Part shown: piece by piece, positions 12,150 through 26,902 of the stretch | Layout of the letters: every line of letters starts with the position of its first letter | Position numbering within the stretch: position 1 is the stretch's first letter | From: Mobula hypostoma | Taxonomy: Eukaryota | Reading direction: 5' to 3' | NCBI RefSeq assembly: GCF_963921235.1 | Contig: NC_086108.1 | Span: 84,570,001 to 84,634,000 of the forward strand | DNA: 64,000 bases | Notes under the pieces: model-generated | What the model saw: the letters and a program-made list of their open reading frames with translations, nothing else | The model's database searches: none | Told to the model about the DNA's origin: nothing | Program-made: the position numbers and the translations under genes

Positions 12150-14630
12150 CAATTCCGATTGAGACGGAGTTGGATGCACATCAGCTCTGGCATGGTTTGC
12201 AGGCCATTGCAAAGCCTAAGATCATGAATGGTAGTGGTGTGTCACTCTCTGGTGAGTTCCACGCCTTTTATGCACATTTTGAAAAGGGAGAATAAAACTA
12301 CATCTATGCGAATCCCTGCAGCATCCGGAAGCCGACATCAGAGCATCTTTCAAGGGGGTGAACATTCACAAGGCATCAGGCTCTCATGGTGTACCTGAAA
12401 ATGCTCTGAAGGCAACTGACTGGAGTGTTCAAAGACACCTCGATAGTCCAAAGTAAATTTATTATCAAAGTATGTATATGTCACCATATACGTCCCTGAG
12501 ATTGATTTTCTTGTGGGCATACTCAATAGAATAATAACCATAATAGAATCAATGAAAGACCACACTAACTTGGGCATTCAACCATTGTGCAAAACTATGC
12601 AAATACAAAAAGAAAGAAATAATAATCATAATAAATAAATACACAATAAATATTGAGAACATGAGATGAAGGGTCTTTGAAAGTGAGTCCACAGGTTCTG
12701 GGAACATGTCAATGATGAGATAAGTGAAGTTATCTCCTTTGCTTCAAGAACCTGATGGTTGAAGGGCAATAACTATTCCTGAACCTTCTGGTGTGAGTCC
12801 TGAGGCTCCTGTACTTTCTTCCTGGTGGTCGCATCAAGAAGACAGCATTACCTGGATGGTTGAGGACACTGATAGTGGATGATGCTTACCTGCGACAGTG
12901 CTTCATGTAAATGTGCTCAGTGGTGAGAAGGGCTTTACCAGTGAAGGACTGGGCTGTACTCTCTACTTTTTGTAGGATTTTCTGTTCAAGGGCATTGGTG
13001 TTTCCATACCAGATTATGATGCATCCATTTAAATACCCTCCAATACACATCTGTAGAAGTTTGTCAGTTTTCAATGTCGTGTTGAATCTTCACAAAATCC
13101 TACGGAAGTAGAGGCACTGCTGTGCTTTTTTTTATTGCACTAACATGCTGGGCCCAGGATCAGTCCTCTGAAATAATAACACAGAGGAATTTAAAGCTGC
13201 TGACCCTCTCCACCTCTGAACTTCCAATGAAGACTGGCTCATGGACCTCTGGTTTCCACCTCCTGAAGTCAATAATCAGCTCTTCCGTCTTGCTGACATT
13301 GAGGAAGAAGTTGTTCTTATGGCAGTACTCAGCCCAATATGCTGATTCGTTGCCATCTTTGATTCAGCCAATGACAGTGGCGTCACTAGCAAACTTGAAT
13401 ATGACATTGGGGCTGCGCTTAGCCATACAGTCATGAGTGTAAAACGAGTAGAGCTGGGGGCTGAACACACAGACTTGTGGTGCACCTGTGCTGATGGAGA
13501 TCATGGAGGAGATGTTATGGCCAACCTGAACTGACTGGGCCTGCAAGTGAAGAAATTGAGGAACCAATTGCACAAGGAGTTATTGAGGCTTCATAGCTGC
13601 ATTTGGAGGATGCCACCTGCTTCAAAAGGGTGCCCAAGAAGAGCAGGCTGTCTCAATGACTATCATCCAGTGGCAAGCACTTCTACTGTGATGAAGTGCT
13701 TTGAGAGATGGCTAGGATCAACTCCTGTCTAAGTAAGGACTGCAATTTGCCTTTCACTGCAATAGGCCAACAGCAGATACAATCTCACTGGCTCTCCACT
13801 CGGCTTTGGATAACCTAGATAACAATAATACACATGTCAGGATGCTGTTTATTGACCACAGCTCAGCGTTCAACACAATCATACTCTCAGTTTTAATCAA
13901 AAAGCTCCAAAACCTGGGTCCTTGACTTCCTCCCTGGGAGACCACAGTTTATGCTTAGCTGAAATAACATCTCCTCCTTGTTGACAATCAACATTGATGC
14001 ACATCAAGGATGCATACTTATCCCACTGCTCCACACTCTCTACACCCATGAATGTGTAGCTAGACACAGCTCAAGTGCCGTCTATAAATTTGCCGATGAT
14101 ACAACTACTGTTGGCAGAATTTGAGATGGTAACAAGAGAGCTTACAGGGGCGATATATAGAGAATCATCTATTGAATGGAGTTGCACTCAATATCAGTGA
14201 GACCAAGGAATTGATTGTGGCCTTCAGGAAGGAAAAATCAGGAAAAAACACACTATTCCTCTTCGAAGGATCAGAAGTAGGAAAGGTGAGCAGTTTCAAG
14301 TTCCCAGGTGACAACATTTCAGGGGGATCTATCCTGGACCCAAGATATTGATGCAATTACAAAGAAGGTATGACAGCACATGTATTTCATTAGGAGTTCG
14401 TGGAGAATTAGTATGTCACCAAACACACTTGCAAATTTCTACAGAAGTACCATACCATCTGGTACGAAGGGACTACTGCACAGAATCGTAAAAAGTTGCA
14501 GGAAGTTAGAAGCTCAGTCTGCTCTGTCATGGGCACTGACCTCCCCAGCTTCCAGGAAACGTTCAAAAGGATGATGGTCAAAAAGACGGCATCTATCACC
14601 AATGACCCCCATCACACATGACATGCTCTC
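12150..14630 (+). mobile_element. Rex1/Babar LINE (host copy), interrupted by an antisense Rex1 copy
   Basis: RT segments encode [35 protein letters not shown] and LANFYR. The sequence breaks at about 12445 and resumes at about 13600. Confidence 0.8.
12446..13590 (-). mobile_element. Rex1/Babar LINE, 5'-truncated, nested in the previous element
   Basis: ORFs give ISTGAPQVCVFSPQLYSFYTHDC and GCIIIWYGN. The 3' tail AATAAATTTACTTTGGAC is at about 12446-12465. Confidence 0.85.
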
Positions 14631-14722
14631 ATCTCATTTCCACCACCTGCCCTCTTACCATATCCCTTGACGCCCCAACCAATCAGGAATCTATCGACTT
14701 CTGCTTTAAATATACCCATGGA

Positions 14723-17700
14723 GGGGTTCTGGTGACATCATCGTTCAGAATGGCAGCTCAAATCAATAGCTCCTCTGGAAAAAACGCATATTTTGCCCCA
14801 TTAATCCATCAAATATAAGATCTTTCAAAAATATCTGAATTGATAAGGGGGGCAAGAATGGGGAAAAAGTATGGAGATTTAAAAAACATCACTGCGGAGC
14901 CTATGGAAGAGAGAGGTGCAATGAGCGGCTCTCCTACACGTGCGCGTGGCGGCGAAGCTGACGCTGGGCCTTGTTCATGCGAAGCGGCAAATATAATAAG
15001 GATTCTGGAGGAGATAAGGGAAGTCCAAAAAGATAAAAAACAGCAACTAAATGATATAAAGTCAGAGCTCGCCAACATCAATCAGAAAATAGCAGTGGCA
15101 GAGACTTGAATTGAGAAGGTGGAAGATCCCATGCAAAACGTGGAACAGATACTAAGTAAGACGATAAAAATATTAAATCAACAGGAAAGTAAATTGCTTG
15201 ACCAGGAGGGAAGATCACGACGGAAAAATATCAGGATTTATAATGTTCCCGAAGGAGCGGAGGGATTTTCGATGATAGACTTTGTAGAAAAGCTGCTGCA
15301 GGAAGCGCTGGAGACTCCCCCAACTATGGAGATTGAAATTGAGAGGGCACATCGTTCGTTCATCCCACGGCCCTCCGGAGACAGGGAAAGTAAACCACGC
15401 TCAATAGTACTTAAATTCCTTCGATTCAAGAGCAAGGCAGAGATTCTACGAAGGGCCTGGGGTAAGAAGAGGGTTTTTTGGAACGGGAATATACTTCGAT
15501 CATGATTACCCCCCCCCAGCGGTCCTACAGAAACGGAAGGAATATTCCGAAGCAAAACAAATATTAAAGCAAGAAAAGATTAAATTCCAAACCCCGTACC
15601 CTGCTAAACTAAGAGTATTTTACCAAGAAGGGATACGACTATATCAGACGGTGGAAGAGGCAACTACAGACGTGAACAACAGAGGACTGCCCATTAGCGT
15701 GGTCAGTCCAAGGGAAAGTCTGGCTGAGCAGTTATCCCGATCTGCTTGGGAAATAGTAAGAGAACTGAGAAAGCAGGGGACGGGAGCAGGCCGAGAGAAG
15801 GATATTAGGAAGAGACTGTCAGTTCTCCGAGGACAGCCCTCACCTCCTCCAGAAGAGCCATAAGGTTTGGCTAACTTTAAAATTGCTGATAAACTAAACG
15901 GAAGCAAAAGTAGACGGTGATATACCTATCTCAAAAAATACGTGTTATAATGTGGATTTTATATTACTCAATTTTTAAAAATTCATTTATTCATTCCTTT
16001 TTCCCCACCTAAATGAGCATATATACATGGGAGAAATACACAGGGAAATCATTTCTGTGTAATGGACATAGATTTTTTTTACTTACTTTTACAGGTACTG
16101 CAGCGGGGGTCCTCAACTCACAGGTAGGAGGGGCTATCCCCCACAGCTAGATGTTTCTTCTAGCCCAACCCAGGGTCATCTAGAGACCCCAGTCTTGGAA
16201 TCACACCTTCGTTACCTTTTTTTGTTATTATTCACCTTTCCTGGCTCTTATTTGTTCAGGGAGTAGATCGATTAAGTCATATTCTGCAAATTTCAATGAT
16301 ATACTAACAGATAAATACACATGGCTAAGGACAAAGTAAAGTTCATTTCTTTTAATGTCAATGTACTGTTGAATCCAGTCAAGCACAGTAAAATTCTATC
16401 AAAAATGAAAAAAGAACAACTCCATGTAGTATATTTACAGGAAACTCACTTAAGTGATAATGAACATGGAAAATTAAAGAGAATGGGCTTCACTAATTTA
16501 TTTTTCTCCTCATATAAAACAGGACAGAGAAGAGGAGTTGCTATTCTCATCTCAAGCAAACTAAATTTTGAAGAAGTATTCGAAATGGGAAATAAGGAGG
16601 GCTGATATATTCTGGGGTAATATAGATGGATATCCAGTTACTTTATTGAATATGTACACACCCCCAGGAAGTGATATTATTTTCTTCCAGAAAATTACTA
16701 ATATTATGGTAACGGAAACAGAAGGTCTCTTGATATGTGGGGGAGACTTAAATTTACAATTACAACCAAAGATAGACTCTTCCAATAGCAAAACTTATGA
16801 AACAAAGTCCTTATGTAAGAAAGTTAACACTCTTTTTGAGGATGTTGGTCTAATTGATATATGGAGGGACCTTTTCCCCGACAGAAGGGATTACACTCAT
16901 TATTCTGCCCCCCATTCCGTATATACAAGAATAGACTATTTCATAACATTTGAAAAAGATAGAGACAAAATAATCACCTGTGGAATTGGGACAATAGATG
17001 TAAGTGACCATGCACCTATATACTTATCTCTTGATTTTGACCTACAACCAAAGAATACTATTTGGAAACTAAATGCAAGTCTACTCAATGATCCCTATTT
17101 TAAGGAACAAATTAAAAAAGAATTTTGTCTTTACTTAGAATTCAATGATAATGGAGAGGTTTCTCCTCCCATTCTATGGGATACTCTGAAGGCTGTCTTA
17201 AGAGGGAAAATTATAGCAATATCTTCATACAAGAAAAAAATAAGGAATAAAACATTTGAGGAATTACAAAATAAACTGAAGGAACTAGAAAAAAACACAT
17301 TGAGTTTGGCACAGGATACACTGGAGGAAATTTTAAAAATTAGGGATGAAATTAATAGTTTGGCTACACAAGAAATTAGAAAAAAATTAATGTTTCTGAA
17401 ACAGAGACACTATGAAAGTGGATCTAAATCTACAAAAATACTGGCGTGGAAACTGAAAAAAAAGATAGCAGAAAGTACAATTCATAGGGATCCAAGAACA
17501 AAAGTGATAAAAAAAAATAAGCTAAGTGAAATTCAAGAAGCTTTTGAAATGTTTTACAAAACTCTATATTCCAAAGCTCCAGGAGGAAGCATAGCCCAGA
17601 TTGACACCCTCCTGAATTCTCTAGAGTTACCCACTTTAAGCAAAGAACAAAATAGAACGATGACTGTTGACTTAACTGAAGCTGAACTAAAAACTGCAAT

Positions 17701-20700
17701 TAGCAGGCTTAAATTAAGCAAGTCACCAGGATCAGATGGATATACAGCAGAGTGGTATAAAGAGTTTAGAAGTGAGTTAATGCCTGTTTTACTCTCCACA
17801 CTGAACTGGGCCCTAAGAAAGGCACAAATGCCACCCAGCTGGTGGGAGGCGATAATCTCAGCTATACCGAAAGAAGGCAAGGATAAAATGGAATGTGGGT
17901 CATTTAGAACAATATCTGTTCTTAATGTGGATTATAGAATATTTACCTCCATCATGGCCAAATGATTAGAAGAGTTTCTACCCACACTGATACGTAATGA
18001 TCAGACAGGTTTTATACAACAACGCCAAACACAAGACAATATACGAAGGACACTTCACATTATGGATCATATAAAAAAAAATGAAATTGAAGCAATAGTG
18101 ATAAGCGTGGATGCTGAAAAGGCATTTGATTCGGTTAATTGGAATTTTCTTTACAGAGTTTTACATAGATTTGGTCTACATGACACAATCTCAGTGTAAT
18201 ATGACAATTGTCCCATATTGGACCACAAAGCCCTCCAGCGTGTGGTGAAAACTGCCCAGCGGATTATTGGCACCCAATAGCCCACCATTGAGAACATCTA
18301 CCATAAACGCTGCCTGGGCAGGGTGAAAAGCATTATCAGGGATGCATCTCACTCTAACCATGGACTTTTTACTCTCCTCCCATCCGGTAGGCGCTACGGG
18401 AGCCTCCGCTCCTGCACCAGCAGGCACAGGAAGAGCTTCTTCCCTGAGGCTGTGACACTGCTGAACCTCTCATCACAGCGCTAAGCAGTATTGCATCTGT
18501 ATTGTACTGTCTCAGTACTTTTATATCTGTGTGCTGTAGCACTTTTTTTATTCGCAGTTATTTTGTAAATAACAATATACTTCGCGTTTCTGGTCAGATG
18601 CTAAATGCATTTCATTGGCTTTGTATCTGTACTCAGGGATAATGACAATAAAGTTGAATTTAATCTAATCTAATCTAATTATTAAAACTATACAGGCACT
18701 ATACGACAATCCTACCGCCAGGATAAAAATCAATGGATATTTATCTAATAGTTTTACCCTAGACCACTACTCTTCGCATGATATCTGAAACCATTAGCTC
18801 AATACATCAGACAAAGTGAAGATATCAAGGGAATTACTATTAAAGGAACATGGCATAAATTGGCCTGTTACTCGGATGACATTTTGATCTACCTAGGGCA
18901 ACCAACATACTCCTCACCTAAATTGATGCAATCCTTTGAACAATATGGCCAATTATCAGGATACAAGATCAACATAGATAAAACCCAACAACTTTCATAT
19001 AACTATAGCCCACCAAGAGAAATTGAAAGTAGATATCCTTGGGCATGGCAAACAGAGTCCATCAAATATTTGGGCATCATTATGCCAAAAGGTTTGGTAA
19101 AATTATCAGAATGCTATTATCAGCCTATATATATATAAAATTCAGGAAGATATAACTAAGTGGAACCTGATTTCTTTTCTTGCCCTCAGTTCAAGGATTG
19201 AATCTATTAAAATGAATATACTGCCCAGACTACTAGATCTTTTTCAGACCCTACCAACAGAGATTAACCAAAATCAATTCAATGAATGGAACAAGATGCT
19301 ATCAAGATATATATATGGCAAGGTAAAAGGCCTAGGGTTCATCTCAAAACTTTGCAATTAGCCAGGGAATAGCGGGGGATGGGGCCTACCTTCTCTTAGA
19401 GATTATTATTTTGCAGCACAGCTGAGAGCCGTGATATGCTGGTGCAGCCCATCATGTGACACTCAATGGTAAAACATTGAGGAGAGGATACTTTCCATCC
19501 CCATACAGGCAATTTTGGCCGATAACAACCTACAAAGTTACATAAATAATATTGACAACTCATGGGTGAAATGCACTCTTAAAATATGGAAAACTAATAT
19601 AAAAGAATATAAACTAGAGAGAGACATTGCAATTCTTAAATGGTGAGCATATGACTCGGATCTCACGCCGAAAAAAGTGGATGCTAGATCTAAAGACTGG
19701 ACAGCTAAAGGAATAACAGCTATTTGCAACATAATGAAAGAAAGAACACTGTTCAGTTTTGAAATGCTCAAAGAGAAACACTTATTAGAAAAACAAGACT
19801 TTTACCAGTATTTACAGATGCGACAATAGGACGGTTAAGAATGTAACCAAGGCAAGTTCATGTCTGATAGAGCTATTTAGAAAAGCGTATAATTCAGACA
19901 ATGGTAGTAGAATAATTTCAAGCGTGTGTAAGGGTTTGTCAAATCTTAGAACACATTCGACTTCATACATTAAAACAAAATGGAGAAGGAAGGAGGCATA
20001 ATAATATCTGAGGAAGACTGGACAATAATATGGAGGTATCAATGGAAGTGTACCAGTTCACAGAAATGGAGGGAGTTCGGGTAGAAAAACTTGATAAGAT
20101 ATATTATTACACCTTCTCAGAAATCCCATCATGATAGTAACCCCCCCCACCCACCCCCCGTTTGCTGGAGAAGTTGTGGAAATCAAAATGCAAACCATTA
20201 TCATATTTTCTGGGAATTCCCCGTTATCAAAGACTATTGGAGTGGGATACATAATGCCCTACAAGACATCTTTAAATGTGAAATACCCTTAGAGATTAAG
20301 ACCATATATTTTGGGTATATACCTCAAGGATGGTTGAAAAGAGATAAATATTTAATGAATGTACTGTTGGTGGCTGGTAAAAAGACCCTTACCAGAAATG
20401 GTTATCACAGGAGAGCCCAACTTTAAATGTATGGATGGAAATTATAATGGACATTTACAACATGGAGAAAATAACAGCATCTGTTAATCACAAGTTGGAA
20501 CAATTTTATTCATACTGGAAAAATGGTTTAACTACATAACACCTCATAGGCCTGATTTTATTCTCACAAGTCAATGAATATGTTGTAAAAAAAGATCGCT
20601 CCCTACTCTGTAGATAGTTTTCTTCTTTCGATTGTTCTTTCTTTCCTCTCCTTTCTATAAGTGCGCACCTTAGATAAATATTATGTGGAGATTTGTGACA

Positions 20701-20796
20701 AATATGGTTATATGATATATATGTACAGTATCTGAAATACATCTTATGGAAATGTTTGTTTGATGATGAAATTCAATAAAAAATAAATTACAAAAA
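14723..20796 (+). mobile_element. Full-length L1/Tx1-clade LINE, inactivated
   Basis: 5' UTR begins GGGG. ORF1 spans about 14858-15863 (EGRSRRKNIRIYNVPEG, EIERAHR, PRSIVLKF). ORF2 starts at 16321 with APE endonuclease (ISFNVN, LQETH, GGDLN, TRIDYF, SDHAP), RT (KSPGSDG, YSDD) and a C-terminal CWRSC..HIFW. It ends in AATAAA and an A-tail. A 15-bp TSD, AAATATACCCATGGA, sits at 14708-14722 and 20797-20811. Confidence 0.95.
18190..18679 (+). mobile_element. Rex1/Babar 3' fragment nested in L1 ORF2
   Basis: Encodes KALQRVVKTAQRIIG and SHSNHGLFTLLPSGRRY, and ends in AATAAA plus an (AATCT)n tail. Removing it rejoins the L1 frame HDTI-IKTIQALY. Confidence 0.88.
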
Positions 20797-22169
20797 AAAT
20801 ATACCCATGGACTTGGCCTCCTCTGCAGTCTGTGGCAGAGTATTCCACAGATTCACCACTCTTTGGCTAAAAACATTCCTCCTTACTTCTGTTCTAAAAG
20901 GTCTCCCCTGCGTTTTGAGGCTCTTCCCTCTAGTTCTGGATACCCCTACCAGGGGAATCATCCTCTTCACATCCACCTCATCTAGTCCTTTCAACATTCG
21001 TTAGATGAGGTCCCCATGCATTCTTCTAAATTCCAGTGAGTATAGGCCCACAATTGCTAAATACTCCTCATATGTTAACCATTCATTCCTGGAATCATCC
21101 TCGTAAACCTCCCATGGACTCTCCAATGACAATACATCTTTTCTGAGTTAAGGGGCCCAAAACTGTTTACAACTGTATGCTCTGCTGACAAGCACTTCAT
21201 GTTATTGTAATGTTTGTATATGAAAAAAATCTTTTAAATTTTCCCTGGTAACTTCCTCAAAAGCAATGCTTTGAAAATCTCCTTTGGATTTCCCCACCAC
21301 TTCCTTTACTGTGAAAGAAAAAGAGCTCAGAACATTTTTCCCCTTATAGAAATAATTCAAGCTAACTTACCTCTTAGAGGCATATTTCAGGTCAGGTGGT
21401 AAAACAAAGCCCTCTTTGCCCTCACGGGGTGTTGGGGGGGGTGGGTATAAAAGATCTCACAGGACAATTTTAATGGAGAGCCGAGGGTATGGGGAGGAGG
21501 AAGAGCTATATTCTCACTGCTCATCCAATAATTTTCCTTCAATTAACATTGCAAAAATCAATTATTTGGTTACCAACACATTTCTGTTTGGGGGAATTTG
21601 GAGTTTGTTGTGCAAACATTGGTCACCACTCTTCCTGCATTATAAAAGCAACTACAGTATTTCAATGACTGTAAAACAATAGAGGATGGCTTTGGGCCAT
21701 GAAAAAGAAAATGAGAGCTAGAGTATGCTACTTGTCAGCCTGCCCTGCTATTTATGATATTTACTTCTTCCACAGCTCCACTCCTCTTCTCTGCCAGTTC
21801 CCCATAAACCCTCACTCACTCTTTCAAACACTTATCCTTCTCCACCAATGATCTGACCTGCACCGTCCTCAGCATTAGAGAATTGCAGAGCGGCTCTGCC
21901 ATACATAAATTACACAGAATTTAATTTCTGCCCCAATATTTTTGCAGCTGTCTCCCCAAGCCATTTCAATATTTACCCTGCCAAGCCTCCTTGGGATTTT
22001 ATTTGTTTGAATAAGGTCATTCCACATTCTGTTAAACTTGAAGGAATATGGACCCAAACTGCTGAGCTGCTCTTCATGCTGACAAAAATATTGGTCTTTC
22101 TTTCCATGGTTCAGATAATGTCTCTATGTCACATCCACTCAAGCCCCCACATCTCCAGAAGACAGTGTG

Positions 22170-23490
22170 ATTTCAGTCTCTGAGTCCAACATCCAGGCAT
22201 CTTCAAGAGGGTGAATCCATGAAAAACATCTGGCGTACTGACCAAGTACCTAAGATCTGTATGGATTTATAGGCTGGAGTATTTGTGATCATATTCAACC
22301 TCTCACTTCTGTGATCCAAGGTTCCCACTTGCTCCAAAAAGGTACTTATTGCACCAGTGTCAAAGTAGAGCATGGTGACCTGCCTCAAATGACTACCACC
22401 CAGTAGCCCTTACAACTGTAATAAAGTGCTTCAAGAGGTTGGTTACGACACAAAACAATTCCTGCCTCAGAGACAACTGGATCCACTCCAGTTCACCTAC
22501 CACCACAACATTCAACAGCTGATGAGGTTTCTCTGCCTGCTCAATCTGCTCTGGACCATCTGGACAACAGGGATTTGTATATCAGGGTGCTGTTCATCAA
22601 CCACAGCTCCACGTTCAACACAATCATCCCATCCATACGCATCAAGCTTCAAGACCCAGGCCTCTGTACCTTCCTCTGCATGTAGATACTTGACTTCCTC
22701 ATTGGCAGATCTCCATTAGTGAGGACTGTTAACAACACCTCCTCCTTGCTGATCATCAACATTGATGCACATCAAGGCTGCAAGTTTAGACTGCTATTCT
22801 ACCCATTATGCATGACTGTGTGGCTAAGCACAGATCCAATGCCATCTTCAAGTTTGCCAACAACACCTACCATTGTTGGATGAATGACCGTTCGTGAGTC
22901 AACCTATTGTAGTGAGATAGGACACCTGATTGAATGGTACCACAACAACTCTTATTCAATTTCAACAAAACTGAAGAGCTAATTATTGATTTCAGGGAAG
23001 AGAAAGCAGGGCTGACATGCACCAGACTAAATTGGTGGAGTGAGTGAGTCAGCAGCTTTAAATTCCTGGGTGATAACATGTCAGATGACCTGTCCTCTGG
23101 AGAGTAAAGGATTCTGCCCAATATATCACAGGAACATACACCCCACCCCCATCACCACCTCAAGAAGGCACCATCCATCGTCACAGATCCTCACTCTTCA
23201 GGCCAAACCATCTTCTCCCAGCTACCAGAGAGCAAGAGTCTCACACCTCCAGGTTCAAGAACAGCCATATCCCTTCAACTACTTGGTTTTTGAAGCAAAT
23301 GGCTCAACCTTAATCAATGAAATTTAGCAGCACTATGATCATTATTTTGCACTGAAAGTTTTTCTGTTTTGTTCATTCTTATAAAATAGAATATAATTTA
23401 TATATTTACGTTTTTCTTGTTAATGGTGCTTATATGATGCTGTGTGTTTCTGATGGTGCTGCAAGTAAGTTTTTTGTTACACTTGTGCAT
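22170..23490 (+). mobile_element. Old Rex1/Babar LINE remnant
   Basis: QLDPLQFTY in ORF 22426..2719 region, degenerate RT motifs, and a Rex1-type 3' UTR. Confidence 0.75.
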
Positions 23491-23723
23491 AATGTATATA
23501 GAATACATCGTAAAGCACCATATGGGCCCTTTGGTTCTCAATGTTATCTCAACCTATATAAACCTACTCCATGATCAGTCTACCGTTTTCCTCTGACACA
23601 GACCATTAACTTCTATTTTTCTTACAACCATGTGCCTACCCAGGAGTTTTTTTTTAATATGTCCTTATTATACCATCCTTGACCACAGTCACCTACAGTG
23701 GTTTTTAGGCACCTTCTGCTCCC

Positions 23724-24118
23724 TACCTTCCCCAAGGATCATCACCTTGTCATGGTGGAGATGCTTGTGAGATCCTGAGAGCGATGCTGTCTGGCAGTAA
23801 GGTCCAGGGGAATGTTCCAGTCAAAGGGCGATTCAACCAAGACCTCAGCGGTGGAGCTGGTGGAAGATGACGACACAAAACAACAGCATTGAAGGTGGAG
23901 GAAGGCTACAGCAATGACGGTTCCCCAGTTGTCTTGCTTTACATGCCATTGGACCCTAACCTTAATCTATCAAGGGCCATGTGATGGCTGCCCATGCACA
24001 GACATTCTCTGTTAAGGGAATCCACCCTAGCATCTCAGATTAAGTCCTGTGGTGATCAGCATGTGGAAAAGAGGACATGCCTGGGTTAACCTCTGCAGCC
24101 ACCAGAAGACCCACCAAT
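23724..24118 (+). mobile_element. Non-coding dispersed repeat of about 400 bp with an RTE/BovB-like 5' head, copy 2
   Basis: Colinear with 1712-2125. Confidence 0.55.
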
Positions 24119-24136
24119 GGACAGCCGCTTAGGAGG

Positions 24137-25435
24137 ACACAGGTCCGCAGCAAGTGCCATTTTATTGTCTCTTCACACAACCCTGGAACATCTGGACAGC
24201 AAAGGTGCATACATTAGAATGCTCTTTATCGATTACAGCTCAGCATTCAGTACCATCATCCCCTCTAAACTAATCAATAAGCTCCAAGACCTTGGCCTCA
24301 ATGCTTCCTTGTGCAATTGGATCCTAGATTTCCTCACTTGCAGACCGCAGTCAGTTTAGATTGGCAAAAACTGATTCCTCCACAATCTCCATCAGCACGG
24401 ATGCACTCAGGGCTCTGTGCTCAGCCCCCTGCTCTACTTGCTTCACACCTATGACTGTGTGGCTAAGCACAGGTCCAATCCCATATTCAGGTTTGCTGAT
24501 GGCCCCACTGTTGTGGGCCATATCAAAGGTGGGGATGAATCAGTATTCAGGAGGGAGATTGAAAATTTGGCTGAGTGGTATCATAACAACAACCTCTTGG
24601 TCAATGTCACCAAGACCGAAGAAATGATTATTGACCCCGGAGGAGGAAACCCAAGGCTCATGAGCCAGCTCACTTCCGGGCTATGAGAGGCGGGGGGGTC
24701 AACTACTTTAAATTCCTGGGTGTGACTATTTCAGAAGACCTGTCCTGGACCCAGTATGTAAATACAATTGCAATAAAAGCACGATAGCACCTCTACTTCT
24801 TCAGTTGTCTGCAGAGATTCGGCATGACATCAAAAACCTTGGCAAACTTCTACAGATGTATAGTGGAGAGTGTGTTGACTCGCTGCATCACGGTTTGGTA
24901 TGGAAACACCAATGCCTTTAAATGGAAAATCCTACTAAAGGTAGTGTATTTGGCCCAGTACATCATAGGTAAAGTCCTCCCAACCATTTTGCACATCTAC
25001 ATGAAATGCTGTCAGAGGAAAGCAGCATCTATCAAAGATCCTCACCACCCAGACAATGCAGTTTTCTTGCTGCTGCCATCACTAGAAGGTACAAGAGACT
25101 CAGGACTCACACCACCAGATTCAAGAACAGTTACTACCCCACCACAAAAAGGAATAAAGAAAACACTCGCTTGCTCATCTATTGAGATGCTCCCACACCC
25201 AATCTCACTTTAAGGACTTTTTAATCATGTTGTCTCATGTTCTCATTACTTATTGCTATTTATTTATATTTGCATTTGCACGGTGTTTAGTCTTTTCCGC
25301 TCTACTTGATCTTTCATTGATCCTGTTATAGTTGAAGTTTTATAGATTTGCTGAGGATGCCTGCAGGAAAATGAATCTCTGGGTTGTACCTGGTGAAATG
25401 TATGTATTCTGATAAATTGTACTTTGACTTTGACA
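24137..25435 (+). mobile_element. Rex1/Babar LINE, 5'-truncated
   Basis: [43 protein letters not shown] and LANFYRCIVESVLT. The tail is GATAAATTGTACTTTGACTTTGA. Confidence 0.9.
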
Positions 25436-25619
25436 TCTTTCTTGAGTTGAGTGATCATACGTGATTACTCTATGTAAAAAAAGACCTCTGACATCTACAA
25501 CTTGTTCTTTTGACAATAAACTTGACTTTGACTTTCTGAAATAGATACCTAAAATAGCAAACAACTGTATTTTGTAGAAATTATCATAATTTCACATTGC
25601 TTTCATGAACATATAATAT

Positions 25620-26075
25620 AAAGGGAGGGATAGGCACCAAGTTCCTTAAGCATGTCCTATAATTCAATACAATCATGGCCAAGCTGTTTGTAACCTGAAA
25701 TCTACATATTTGCCTGCCCCAGAAACCTTTTGTCATTTTCCTGTCAAGAATTTTTTCTACTTTGCCCTTCAGTTTATTCAAAGACTGCTTCCATCACCTA
25801 TGAGGAAGCAAGTTCCAAAGTCTCATTCCCACTAACAGCAAGAAAAAAAAATTCATATCACTCTCCTTATGACCACTTCTTTTGAAACAGTGACCACGCT
25901 CCAGATTCTTCCACAAGAGGAATAATTCAAAACCACTCAAAATCTCATACATTTCAATCAAGTCACCACTCTTTTAAACTCCAGCTGTTACAAGATTAGT
26001 GCTATTCTCATAAAACAATCCATCTATACCAAGTATTAGTCAAGTACACATTCTCTGAACTGGTTGCAACACATT
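25620..26075 (-). mobile_element. Very old CR1 3' remnant
   Basis: Degenerate similarity to the CR1 ORF2 end and 3' UTR seen elsewhere in the window. Confidence 0.55.
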
Positions 26076-26902
26076 TTGTGAATAATATCTCTTGGACAAA
26101 GTACTATTTGATATTTTGTGGCCTTTTCTGTCACCTTTTAAACTAATTGGGATCAGATTTTCTTTCTCAGTTCTGCCAGTATATCAGTATAACCTGACTG
26201 TCCACTTGAAGAAGCTGTAAAACAGTATCTCTGTTATGTGCTGCCACTTCAAAGTGTGCAGATAGATATAAGTACATCTAGCCATATATAATAAAATGCA
26301 AATTAGGTAATGATGTTGAAGAATGCTTTTGTTTTCCTGCTTTAAAAACTATTATTAAATTCTGATCATAACTATATCCTCTATGTGTTTCACAGCTGTG
26401 GGTACCTGTGATGTGGGGAGAGTCTGCTAAGAACTGGTATAGATGTGGGTGGAGAACTTGAGAAAACATTTAGTCACATCCGCTGGGGCTTCTTTGAAAA
26501 GAGGGCGAGGCTGTGTTACTGGAAGTCTTTGTATTTCTCCTTTCTAAAAGCACAACCATGTATATTACCATATCTGCCAGATTTGCATGCATCATTATCC
26601 CACTTTCTTACACCTTCATATTAATTGCCCCAGTGCTTTCCTTTTCCTATTGCATATTTGTCTTTACTTTTACATATGAATTAATCTAACTGCTAATACG
26701 TTTGTAGAATGTATTTTTAAAATTCATTTTTGAATTGTGGTTGCTACTGGCAATAACATCTGTTGTCTTTCTGTAATTGCATTTTCTAAGGTGGTGGTGA
26801 GCCATTGTTGGGCTTCCTAAGGAGTATTAAGGTGGATCCCCAGGGCCTAATGTGATCTATCATTTGTTACCTTGGTACGTTATGTTTAAATTATGTTTAA
26901 AT

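Larger units (their letters stand above)
14635..21175 (-). mobile_element. CR1 3' fragment split by the L1 insertion (14635-14722 and 20797-21175)
   Basis: ORF 20788..20997 (SRTRGKSLK..RVVNLWNTLP) is a CR1 ORF2 C-terminus. It continues across the TSD into 14722-14635. Confidence 0.85.
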
